Shown: positions 1 through 11,271 of the stretch, piece after piece | Layout of the letters: each line of letters opens with the position of its first letter | How positions within the stretch are numbered: the first letter of the stretch is position 1 | From: Scyliorhinus canicula | Lineage: Eukaryota | DNA length: 64,000 bases | Direction: 5' to 3' | Assembly: GCF_902713615.1 (NCBI RefSeq) | Contig: NC_052158.1 | Location: 42,433,159 to 42,497,158, forward strand | Notes under the pieces: model-generated | What the model saw: the letters and a program-made list of their open reading frames with translations, nothing else | What the model was told of the DNA's origin: nothing | Database searches by the model: none | Position numbers and translations under genes: made by a program

Positions 1-2486
1 AAGTTCATTTCAAACATGGCTTTCCACACCACAGCCCTCCGCCATCTCATCAGAAAGTCGACGTAATTCCAGTGGCTGCCCGCTCATGAGAAAGAATTGC
101 GTGAGCTGAGGGCAAAGCTCACTCATAGCCCCGGTTCTAGCATTTTTCGATCCTATCAAGGGGACCAAAATATCCACAGATGCGAGCCAGGACGGTATTG
201 GGGCGGTGCTCTTCCAACGGGATGACTCCTCCTCCTGGGCCCCAGTTGCGTATGCCTCCAGAGCCATGACGCCCACTGAGCAACAGTACGCTCAAATTGA
301 GAAGGAATACCTGGGCCTCCTATCGGGAATAGTCAAGTTTCACAATTATGTGTATGGCCTCCCAAAATTCACAGTTGAGACGGACCACAGGCCATTAGTC
401 CACATCATCCAGAAGGACTTAAACGACATGACACCCCGGTTACAACGAATCCTTCTCAAGCTACGTCGCTACGATTTTGAACTTGTCCACATGCAAGGCA
501 AAGTACTCATTGTTGCAGATGCCCTTTCCAGGTCAAACTGACTTTGTCTGCCAAATCGATGCTCAGGTGCAATTGTGTGCCTCCAACTTCCGGCCTCTGA
601 TGAGAGGGTCGTTCAAATTCGTGAGGAGACTGCCAAGGATCCTCTGCTCCAGCGTGTGATGCAGCACCTCACAAATGGCTGGCAGAAGGGACAGTGTCCC
701 CAGTTTTACAACGTCAAGGACGACCCGACGGTGGTGGACGGCATCCTCATGAAGCTCGATAGGATCGTGATTTCGCAGAGCATGCGAGCTATGGTGCTCG
801 GCCAAATCTATGAGGGTCACCTGGGGGTCGAGAAATGTCGCCGCAGAGCTCGGCAGGCAGTCTATTGGCCGGGCATCAGCCAGGATGTTGCCAACACAGT
901 CCTCAACTGCCCTACATGTCAAAAATTTCAGCCAGCTAACCCAAAGAAACTCTGCAGCAACATGAGATATTGACCTCCCCATGGTCCAAAGTCGGTGTCG
1001 ACCTGTTCCACGCCAAGGGGCGTGACTATGTCCTCCCGGTCAACTACTTCTCCAATTACCCCAAAGTGGTGAAACTGTCCGAGCTTACGTCGAAGGCGGT
1101 GATTAAAGTCTGCAAAGAAACGTTCGCCAGGCATGGGATACCGTTCACGATGATGAGTCCCTGTTTTTACAGCCAGGAGTGATCTGAGTTTGCCCGGCTA
1201 TACAACTTTCGTCACATCACCTCCAGCCCCCGGAAGGCCAAGAAAGGGGTCCATATCTTCAAGAGATTACTATGCAAGGCTGCAGACTCAGGCTCCGACT
1301 TCAGCCTGGCAATGCTGGCATACAGAGCAACCCCGCTGTCCACTGGGTTGTCTCCTGTGCAGATGCTCATGAATCGCACTCTGCGAACCACGGTTCCAGC
1401 CATCCATGTTCCTAACCTTGACCACCTCCCGGTCATACAGAAGATGCAGCAGTCTCGGGCTCAACAGAAATTAGCGTACAATGCTCATGCCACAGATCTC
1501 CCCGAGCTGGTCCCAACTGATCGTGTTCGTGTGCAGCTGCCTGACGGCGGCTGGTCAGCCACAGCTGGGGTGGTCAAGCAAGTGGCCCCGAGATCATTCC
1601 TTGTCCGCATGGATGATGGCTCCTTCCTACGACGCAACAGACGGGCGCTGCGCAGAGTTCCATGCCTGCCATCCAACCATGATGTCCCGCCTCCTACAAT
1701 GCTTCCTTCCATGAGGCCACCGATCTACCAGCAATCCTGCCGACCTCTGCAATCACCGCATTGGCAGCAGTCCCGCCTATCCAAGTGCAGGCGGCCCCTG
1801 ATCCACCCTTGAGGCGGTCAACCAGAATTTGTCGCCTGCTACAGAGACTAAACTTATAGACTGAACTTTTGCACAATTTTGTTACCTCATCGTTTTGACA
1901 TCTGAAAATATCATTTATACCGTTTCGTCTGCCCTATATCTGTACTAGCGACACCTTCCTATGTATATAAGATCATTTTAACATATTCTGTATATAGTCA
2001 CGCACATATACACGTACACACGCACACGCACCTTACTATTTATTATCTGAACACAAACACTGTAAAAAAAAAAAGGGGGGGAGATGTCATAATATACATC
2101 TATGTATATAATGGAGTGCAGACAGGCAGTGATTGACACACAGAATGACCAGTAAGCACACAGATCAGAGCAGCCAATCACCAGACAGGACACGACCACT
2201 ATAAAGCCAGAGGGCACTTGGTTTCCCACTCTCTCGGGATCCAGCCTCTGAGACAGTCAGAGCCCGTGAGCTGGCCAGTGCAAACACCATGTGGTAGCTA
2301 GTAAATCTGGTCAGGCTAGTGTCAGGTCTCCATTCAAGTCAGCATAGTGTCAACCCACAGTTAAACATGTATTATAGTTTAGATGTTAAATAAAATTGTG
2401 TTGCATCTCATCAAGTGTTGGAAGTCTGTCTCTCGCTACACGGCATCAAGTGCAGTCCACATCGACCCAGCCTGCCCAACACATCA
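1..2486 (+). mobile_element. Degenerate Gypsy/Ty3 LTR retrotransposon, 3' part (pol RNaseH-integrase remnants, PPT, 3' LTR); continues off the left edge
   Basis: Broken ORFs 206-541 (RNaseH: AYASRAMT..YAQIEKE..TDHRPL), 575-973 (integrase H-H-C-C region), 970-1182 and 1312-1812 (integrase core/C-terminus), with stops and frameshifts. Polypurine tract AAAAAAAAAAAGGGGGGGAGA ends at 2084, followed by TG at 2085. Confidence 0.92.
2085..2486 (+). repeat. 3' LTR of the left Gypsy element (about 400 bp)
   Basis: Starts TGTCAT immediately after the PPT, contains AATAAA near 2389, and ends ...CCCAACACATCA. The right boundary is approximate because the 5' LTR is outside the window. Confidence 0.7.
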
Positions 2487-2742
2487 ATAATCAGCTCAGG
2501 AATCCTTTCACCACTTCACCCACTATTCCCCAAAGGGTCAAACAGTTTGAGTGTGAAGATACGCTAAAAGAACTGACCAGATCAGGTTTGAAAGGTTTGA
2601 CTGGACTAAAGCAGGCATTGTCAAGGATTATTCCAGTGGTTTTAGATCACAATCTGCCGAACTGCAGACCTGGTAAAGATTGAAGAGCCTGTGGGAGAGG
2701 CTGGGCCTATCAATAATCTCCACTGTACACAGATCCAGAATC

Positions 2743-2798
2743 AAACCTTCAGCAACATACTCTACCCAGCAACTGATGATTCTGCGTTCTGATTGGTT
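2743..2798 (+). promoter_or_regulatory. MHC class II-type S-X-Y module with shortened (10-nt) X-Y spacer
   Basis: AAACCTT (2743-2749, S-like), 15 nt, CCCAGCAACTGATG (2765-2778, X1-like), ATTCTGCGTT, CTGATTGGTT (2789-2798, canonical Y/inverted CCAAT). Compared from memory with mammalian class II X1 (e.g. HLA-DRA CCTAGCAACAGATG) and Y (CTGATTGG). Confidence 0.55.
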
Positions 2799-2885
2799 GT
2801 GCAGTAACCACAATATTGTTTTCACATCGTTCTGCTATGAGTCAGATTACACAATGTGGAGTTGGGCTCACCTTCAGAGACAGGA

Positions 2886-3173
2886 GGGACTTTCCAAACA
2901 AAACCTTCAATTACCAGCGACACACAACCTGCTTTCCCCTGACATTAAACAAACTACTGGAGTCCCTGTCAATCTTCACTCCAGTCCCAGGACAGGGACT
3001 TTCCACCAAAACCTCCAATTACCAGCGGCATACACCCTGCTCTTCCTGAATCCTACACAAACTACAGGAGTCAGTGTCAATTTCCATTCCTGTCTTAGGG
3101 ACAGGGACTTTCCAACAAAACCTCTGATTGCCAGCCTCACACAACCTGCTCTTCCCCAACATTAAACAAACTA
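2886..3173 (+). repeat. Diverged 109-bp tandem repeat (about 2.7 units), each unit starting with a perfect NF-kB site GGGACTTTCC
   Basis: GGGACTTTCC at 2886-2895, 2995-3004 and 3104-3113 (period exactly 109). The rest of each unit aligns (caaaacc..aattaccagc..caacctgct..aaacaaacta..ggagtc..tgtcaat) with many substitutions. Confidence 0.88.
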
Positions 3174-3237
3174 TATTTACATAGTATGAAATGAAAATCA
3201 CCTTTGTTCCAAATGGCTATTTACTGCTTTCCTCTTT

Positions 3238-3262
3238 GAGAGAGAGAGAGAGAGAGAGAGAG
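3238..3262. repeat. (GA)n microsatellite
   Basis: About 12 GA units. Confidence 0.9.
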
Positions 3263-3783
3263 CTGATTGGTGGGGATTTAGCCTGAGGGTCACCACACAT
3301 GATAATCTCAACTGGTACAAGAATAAAGCCGGCAATGGCAAACACTCAAGGAGTGCATGGGGGAACTGCAACAATTGTTTATTCCTGTCTGGCACAAAAG
3401 TAGAACGGAAAACATGGCCAATCCTTGGCTTACAAGGTAAATTAGAGATAGTATCCGATCCAAGGAAGAAGCATACAAATTGGCCAAGAAAAACAACAGG
3501 TTTGAGGAGTGGGAGCAGTGTAGAGTTCAGCAAAGAAGGACAAAGGGATTGATTAAGAAGGGGAAAATAGAGTACGAGAATAAGCTTGCAGGGAACATAA
3601 AAGCCGACTGTAAAAGTTTCTCTAGATACATGAAGAGAAAAAGTTGGTGAAGTTGGTTGCAGTCAGAAACAGGGAATGTGTAATGGGGGACAAAGAAGTG
3701 GCTGAGCAACTAAATACATACTATTTGGTTCTGTCTTCACAAATTAGGCCACAAATCAGATTCCAGAAATATTGGGAAACATA

Positions 3784-4595
3784 GGCCGTGATTGTCCGAG
3801 CCCACGGCAGGTCGGAGAATCTCCGGGGCTGCGCGAGAATCCCGCCACGCTGCTCCGACGCCAGGACGCGATTCTCCGCGGATCGGAGAATCACCCACCA
3901 GCCATGCAGCGCCGGTTGGGGGCCACTGAAAAAGCACCCCGCGACGATTCACCGGTGCTCGATGGGCCGAACTCCCGGCGAGTTCCTATGAGTCCCACCG
4001 GCGTGGTTCTAATCTTTTTTTTTATAAATTTAGATTACCCAATTATTTTTTTCAATTAAGGGGCAATTTAGCGTGGCCAATCCACCTACTCTGCACATTT
4101 TTGGGTTGTGGGGGCGAAACCCATGCAGACACGGGGAGAATGTGCAAACTCCACACGGACAGTGACCCAGAGCCGGGATCGAACCTGGGACCTCAGCGTC
4201 GTGAGGCGGTTGTGCTAATCACTAGGCCACCGTGCTGCCCTTGGCGTGGTTCTAATCTGATATCACCCAGCGGGAGCTCGCATTGCGGCTATGGTGGCAG
4301 TCCTGGGGGGGGGGGCGGGGGAACCTAGATGCTGGGGGGGCTCACTGGTGGGCAGACCTGCGAATGGGGGCCATGGATCGGCGGGCATCACGATTGGAGG
4401 AAGACCTAACTTCCTCCGCGCAGCCCACCATCTCCATCCGCCATGTCAGCGTTGCCCGCGCCGAAGTGGGAAGCCGAGACCCGCTTGCGGAAGCTGCGCG
4501 CATGCACGGCCTGGACAGCAGGCTCCGCTGGCAGCCAGATCTGCGGGATGCACGCCGGAACTGTGCTAGCGCCATGGAGAACGGAGAATCAGCCC
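3784..4595. mobile_element. GC-rich MITE (GGGCGGGATTCTCC-like TIR family) with a nested SINE
   Basis: Imperfect TIRs GGCCGTGATTGTCCG ... CGGAGAATCAGCCC; inserted in CR1 sequence. Confidence 0.7.
4016..4242 (-). mobile_element. tRNA-derived shark SINE (HE1/V-SINE-like), young copy with 16-bp TSD
   Basis: Head GGGCAGCACGGTGGCCTAGTG on the minus strand, V-SINE-type core, A-rich tail. TSD GGCGTGGTTCTAATCT at 4000-4015 and 4243-4258. Confidence 0.9.
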
Positions 4596-5711
4596 GGGCA
4601 TTCCAGGAAAAATGTCAGTAGTGGGGAAAATTCCAGAAACGATTATCAAAGATTTTATAGCAGAGCAGTGAGATAACAATGGCAGGACTGGACAGTGTCA
4701 GCATGGATTTATGAAGGGGAAATTGTGCTTGTCAAATCTACTGGAATTCTTTGAGGATGTAACTGGTAACTAGTAGAGTTGATGAAGGGGAGCCAGTGGC
4801 TGTAGTTTATTTCGACTTTCAAAAGGCTTGCGCAAAGATTAGTGGTACTGTATTGGGATGAATAGAAAATTAGTTGGCAGACAGGAAACAAAGAGCCAGA
4901 ATTAACGGATTTTTTCCAATTGGCATGCAGTGACTAGTGGGGTACTGCAGGGACCAATACCGGAACCCCAGCTATTCACAACATATATTAACGATTTAGA
5001 TGAAGAAACAAAATGTAATATTTCCAAATTTGCAGATGACATCAAGTTGGGGTGGAGGGTGAGCTGTGAGGAGGATGCAGAGATAATTCAGTGTGATTTG
5101 GACAAGTTGAGTGAGTGGCAGATGAATGGCAAATGCAGTGTAATTTGGATAAATGTGAGGTTATCCACTTCAGTAGCAAAAACGAGAAGGCAGACTATTC
5201 TCTGGATGACCATAAATTAGGAGAGGGAAATGTGCAAAGAAACCTGGGTGTCCTCGTACACCAGTCACTGAAGGTAAGCATGCAGTTGCAGCAGGTGGTA
5301 AAGAAGGCAAATGATATGTTGTGAGGGGATTCAATTACAGGAGCAGGGACGTCTTGGTGCAATTATAGAGGGCCTTGGTGAGGCCACACGTGGAATATTG
5401 TGTTTAGTTTTGGTCTCCTTATCCGAGGAAGAATGTTCTTGCTCCAGAGGGAGTGCAGCGAAGGTTTACCAGACTGATTCCTGGGATGACGGCAGTGGCG
5501 GACTGGCCAGGGTGTCAGCTTGCCCGATGGCAAGTGGGCCCCTGATGAAGTGAGCCCCCTATATCAAATACAAATGCAATAAAGAAACAAACACAGACAA
5601 CTGTTTTAGTAATAAAAAGGAATAAGAAAAAAAAGAGAACAGGGCACAAATAAGCAGTGCATGAAAAGGAACGAAGCAGGGGAGGTAGTGGAAGGATGTG
5701 GAATAGGGGGG

Positions 5712-6242
5712 CCCGGGTCGGGCATAATTAAGGAAATTCCATGTTTTCAGCAAGAGTGTGTGAATTTAAAGATAAAGTTACAATTCGTGATTTGAGATGG
5801 TCGGCAACTTTAAAGGATATGAAGCAGTAGTCTTGGTTCAGCCGGTACATCGTTCCGGGGCCCAGAGAGCCAAGAAGGAGCCCGTGAATCTCTGACGGGC
5901 CCGTAAAAATTATAATTAATTAGATAAATAAATCTCCAACTTCTTTCCTGAGATTTGTATTCTAACTTAATAAAATATAATTGTTTTTAACACAAGCAAT
6001 ACCAAATAAAAATGCAATAAAGAAAGAAACAAATAATCACTCAGTGTATGAAGGAACAAAGCAGTGTTAAACAGATGTGAAAAGGAGTGGTGGGAGGTGG
6101 GGGGGAGGGGGGTGGGGGGCTGGTTCACCCGGGTCGGACATAGTTGGAAATCCACGTTTTCAGCAAGAGTGTGTGAATTTAAAGATAAAGTTACAGTTCG
6201 TGATTTGAGATGGTCGGCAACTTGAAAGGATATCAAGCAGTA
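5712..6242 (+). repeat. Direct repeat of about 115 bp inside the hAT 5' region (about 5712-5829 and 6128-6242)
   Basis: Both copies contain CCCGGGTCGG..GTTTTCAGCAAGAGTGTGTGAATTTAAAGATAAAGTTACA..TCGTGATTTGAGATGGTCGGCAACTT.AAAGGATAT.AAGCAGTA. Confidence 0.85.
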
Positions 6243-6724
6243 CATAGGGTCGTGAGGTCACCGAAAAGGAGAAGCGGTACCTTTGACCGTGAATCATGAG
6301 TTCAAAGATATTGAAGTGATAAGCCATGATCGGTAAACTCAAAGGGTTGCGACTTATAACACTACACTGGTATCAAACTGGACATGTTAACTTTGGTCGT
6401 GGGACCATTCTTAATGTCTTACTATAGTCGGACCAAACTTCTAAGTTTCAACAGTTGTCTCAGTTGCTTGCTGGTGTGAACACTGGACAGTGGATTGTCT
6501 CCTCTTCTGAAGCTGCATAGGCCACAGTAATATTTTTTTTAAAAATAATTTTTATTGAGAAATTTTGATTTTATACAACATTGACGCACCTTAGTAAAAT
6601 ACCGAAACTAACAATAATATTAACAATCATATACATTCGCTCCATCCCCATGAACAACCCAGCATTTTAACAACAACGCAAATTAACACACTATAAAGTT
6701 ACAGAATAAACACTACAATAATGC

Positions 6725-6758
<34 letters not shown>

Positions 6759-6784
6759 GTTGCTGCTGCTATTGACCCAGTTAC

Positions 6785-9700
6785 CTATCTCTGAGCCAGG
6801 AAGTCCAGAAAAGGCTGCCACCGTTTATAGAACCCTTGTATTGATCCTCTCAGGGCAAATTTGACCTTTTCCAATTTTATAAATCCCGCCATGTCACTGA
6901 TCCAGGTCTCCACACTTGGGGGCCTTGCATCCTTCCATTGTAACAGAATCCTTCGACGGGCTACTAGGGACGCAAAGGCCAGGACACCGGCCTCTTTCGC
7001 CTCCTGCACTCCCGACTCTACCGCAACTCCAAAAATCGCGAGTCCCCACCCTGGTTTGACCCTGGATCCAACCACCCTCGACACCGTCCCCGCCACCCCC
7101 TTCCAGAATTCTTCCAGTGCTGGGCATGCCCAGAACATATGGGCGTGGTTCGCAGGACTCCCCGAACATCTGGTGCACCTGTCCGCACCCCCGAAGAACC
7201 TACTCATCCTAGCCCCGGACATGTGGGCCCGGTGCAGCACCTTAAATTGGATGAGACCAAGCCTCGCACATGAGGAGGAAGAGTTGACTCTCTCCAAGGC
7301 ATCCGCCCAAGTCCCGTCCTCTATCTGCTCCCCGAGTTCCTCCTCCCATTTAGCCTTCAGCTCCTCCACTGACGACTCCTCCACCTCCTGCATTACCTTA
7401 TAGATGTCAGACACCTTCCCCTCTCCTACCCACACCCCCGAAAGCACTCTGTCCATCGTCCCCTGTGAGGGCAGCAAAGGGAATCCCTCTACCTGTCGCC
7501 TAGCAAACGCCTTTACCTGCAGGTATCTGAACATGTTCCCCTGGGGAAGGCCAAATTTATCTTCCAGTTCCCCCAGGCCCGCAAACCTCCCGCCAATAAA
7601 CAGGTCCCTCAATTTGCTGATGCCCGCCCTTTGCCACCCCCTGAATCCCCCATCCGTGTTCCCCGGGATGAACCGATGGTTGCCACCCAGTGGAGCCTCC
7701 ATCGAGCCCCCTGTTTCCCCCCGATGCCGTCTCCATTGTTCCCAGATTCTTAGGGTCGCCGCCACCACCGGGCTCGTGGTAAACCTCTTAGGGGAGAGCG
7801 GCAACGGTGCCGTTACCATGGCACCCAGGCTCGTACCTCTACATGACGCCATCTCCATTCTTTTCCACGCCGCCCCTCCCCCCATCATCACCCATTTACG
7901 CACCATTGACACATTGGCTGCCCAATAGTACCCCAGAAGGTTGGGCAGTGCCAGCCCACCTCCATCCCTTCCTCGCTCCAGGAACACCCTCCTCACTCTC
8001 GGAGTCCCATGTGCCCACACAAAACTCAGAATACTGCTAGTCACTCTCCTAAAGAAGGCCCTGGGGATAAATATGGGCAGGCACTGAAAAAGGAACAAGA
8101 ACCTCGGAAGCACTGTCATTTTGACGGGCTGCACCCTCCCCGCCAACGACAATGGCAGCATGTCCCACCTCCTGAACTCCTCCTCCATCTGATCTACCAG
8201 CCTGGTAAAGTTATGCTTGTGGAGAGTCCCCCAGTCCCTGGCCACTTGCACCCCCAGGTACCTAAAGCTCTCCCCTGCCCGCCTAAGCGGGAGCCTACCA
8301 ATTCCTTCCTCCTGGTCCCCAGGGTGCACCACAAACACCTCGCTCTTGCCTAAGTTTAATTTATAACCTGAGAAGGTCCCAAACTCGGCTAGTAACTCCA
8401 TCACTCCCGGCATCCCTCCCACCGGGTCCGCCACATACAGTAACAGGTCGTCGGCATACAACGACACCCTATGTTCCTCTCCACCTCGCACCAAGCCTCT
8501 CCACCTCTCTGAATCTCTCAATGCCATCGCCAGCGGCTCGATTGCCAGTGCAAACAACAAGGGGGACAGGGGGCAACCCTGCCTGGTCCCTCGGTAAAGC
8601 CGGAAGTACTCCGACCTCCTCCTATTCGTGGCCACGCACGCCATCGGGGCCTCATATAGCAGCCTCACCCATCTAATAAACCCTTCACCAAATCCAAACC
8701 TCCCCAACACCTCCCATAGGTACCTCCACTCCACTCTATCGAAGGCCTTCTCCGCATCCAGTGCCACCACTATCTCTGCCTCCCCCTCAATCGCCGGCAT
8801 CATAATGACATTCAGTAATCTCCGCACATTCGTGTTCAGCTGCCTTCCCTTCACAAAACCTGTCTGGTCCTCGTGCACAACCCCTGGCACACAGTCCTCT
8901 ATCCTGGTGGCCAGGATTTTTGCCAGCACCTTAGCGTCCACGTTGAGGAGAGATATGGGCCTGTATGAACCACACTGCTGGGGGTCCTTGTCCTTCTCTA
9001 AAATTAACGAGATCAGCGCCCGTGACATCGTCGGGGGCAAAGTCCCCCCCTCCCACGCTTCATTGAGTGTTCGCACCAGCAAGGGGCCCACTAGATCCAC
9101 AAACTTTTTATAAAATTCCACCGGGAACCCATCCGGCCCCGGTGCCTTCCCTGACTGCATCTGCCCGATCCCCTTAACTAGCTCCTCCAGCTCAATCGGC
9201 GCACCCAACCCCTCCACCTGCTCCTCCTGCACCTTCGGGAAAGAAAGCCCGTCCAGGAACCTCTCCATTCCCCTCCTCTCCCCCGTTGGCTCCGACCGGT
9301 ACAGTTCTCCGTAAAAATTCTTGAAGACCTCATTCACCTCTACCCCCTTCCGCACCACATTCCCACTCTTATCTCTCACTACAGCAATCTCCTTAGCCGC
9401 ATCCCGCTTACGCAGCTGATGAGCCAGCATCCTACTCGCCTTTTCACCATGTTCGTACACTGCCCCTTGTGCCTTCCTCCACTGTGCCTCCGCCTTTCTA
9501 GTGGTCAGCAAATCAAATTTAGCCTGCAGGCTACGCCTCTCCCCCAACAGTCCCTCCTCTGGTGCCTCTGCATACCTCCTGTCCACCTCCAGCATCTTTC
9601 CCACCAGTCTATCCATCTCACTCCTCTCGCTCCTCTCCCTGTGTGCCCGGATGGATATCAGCTCCCCACGAATTACTGCCTTCAGGGCTTCCCAGACCAT

Positions 9701-10576
9701 CCCCACCTGAACCTCCCCGTGTCATTCACCTCAAGGTACCCCTCAATACTTGCCCGGACCCTCCTACACACCTTCTCCTCCGCCAACAACCCCACATCCA
9801 ACCGCCACAACGGACGTTGGTCTCGCACCTCTCCCATCTCCAACTCTATCCAATGCGGAGCGTGGTCGGAGATTGCAATGGCCGAATACTCGGCCTCCTC
9901 CACTCTCGGAATCAGTCCCCTACTCACCACGAAGAAATCTATCCGAGAGTAGACCCTATGTACGTGGGAGAAGAAAGAGTACTCGCGTGCCCTCGGCCTC
10001 ACAAACCTCCATGGATCCACTCCACCCATCTGATCCATACACGCTCTCAGTACCTTGGCCGCCGCCGGCCTCCTACCCGTCCTAGAGCTGGACCGATCCA
10101 GTGAAGGATCCAACACTGTATTAAAGTATTAAAGTGATCAGACCTCCCGCCTCCAGATCCGGGATCCGTCCCAACATACGCCTCATAAAGCCCGCATCGT
10201 CCCAATTTGGGGCATACACACTAGCCAGTACCACCTTCTCTCCTTGTAGCCTGCCCCTAACCATCACATACCTACCCCCCTTATCCGCCACCACCTCCGA
10301 TGCCTCAAACGACACATTTTTCCCCACCAGAACCGCCACTCCCCGGTTCCTCACATCCAACCCCGAGTGGAAACCCTGCCCCACCCACCCCTTCCTCAGG
10401 CGGACCTGGTCCGCCACCCTCAGGTGGGTCTCCTGAAGCATTGCCACATCCGCCTTTAGCCCCTTCAGGTGAGCCAGTACCCTCGACCGCTTCACCGGCC
10501 CATTGAACCCTCTCACATTCCAGGTGACCAACCGGATCAGAGGGCGTCCCGCCCCCCTCCCCCGTCGACTAGCCAT
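6785..10576 (-). pseudogene. L1 ORF2 (APE endonuclease + reverse transcriptase + C-terminal Cys-rich domain), broken by two small indels
   Basis: LVTWNVRG, MLQETH, VYAPN, SDH (EN); GKAPGPDG, YRPISLLN, LDAEKAFDRV, RGTRQGCPLSP, LYADDLL (RT); CTRC..HMFWAC. Lesions: net -2 at 10120-10135 destroying GGDFN, and a 1-bp deletion near 9715. The 973-aa RT portion (6785-9706) is open. Confidence 0.95.
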
Positions 10577-11271
10577 AGCCCGTCGACTGCCCGCCCCAGG
10601 CCAGCACCCCCTGCTCGACCCCGTCCCCATAGCGACAACCCCTCACCTCTGTCCCCCCAGCCCCCACCAGCTCCTTCTTGACCCTACCAGCAGCAACCCG
10701 GTATTCCCCTTTCCCCCCCTCCCTTCCCCCCCAGGCTAGGAACCCTCCCAGCCGCGAACCGTCCTCCATTGTACTTCCGTGGGTCAGCTAACTTCTGCTG
10801 ACCCCGGAAACTCCCGCCAATAGCCCGACCCCTCCCGAAGTGGGATCATCCCCCAATCTATCCCTCCTCCTGGCACCGCTCCAGCGCGGGGAAGAACCAG
10901 TTAAGGCCCCGCCTCCCCCGTCACCATCTCCACCCCCCAGCCCCGCAGCACGGGAAACCAGAGGAAAGCCCGCGCTTTCGCACTGCCCCACCACACCCTT
11001 CTGACGCAGCTCCCAAATACCAGCCCCACTCCATACCCCCACTCCGGCATAGAATACAACATACCCCCCCAACCCTCCCCTCAAGATACACAGCCCAAAC
11101 AATGTCCCACAGCACAAAAACAAAAACATAGCAGAACAACCCCTCCGTAAATAACCATATCAAAATTGCAAAAGTACTAAAACAGGAAGAAAACAACAGA
11201 AGAAAAAGAGAACACAGCAACAGCAGAATCCAGCACTAATATCTTACAGCCGACCTCGCAACCCCCAACCC

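Larger units (their letters stand above)
3330..5492 (+). mobile_element. CR1-clade LINE (HER1-like) ORF2 remnant, left part; interrupted by a MITE at 3784-4595 and by the hAT at 5493
   Basis: RT remnants MTSGVLQGPIPEPQLFTTYINDLDEETKCNISKFADDIKLG (4930-) and CEVIHF...NLGVLVHQSLKVSMQ (5115-), typical of CR1 ORF2. Confidence 0.85.

Noticed and set aside
6725-6757. Long poly-C/poly-G runs (also about 15944-15975, 48303-48327, 51270-51295, 59879-59903)
   Set aside because: Intrinsic G/C-tracts of L1 and MITE sequences; lengths are unreliable in assemblies.
6861-10739. Numerous plus-strand ORFs of 100-180 aa opposite the L1, and similar ORFs over MITEs (23545-24481, 25996-26619, 61050-61957)
   Set aside because: Shadow ORFs in GC-rich, stop-poor repeat sequence; no recognisable domains.
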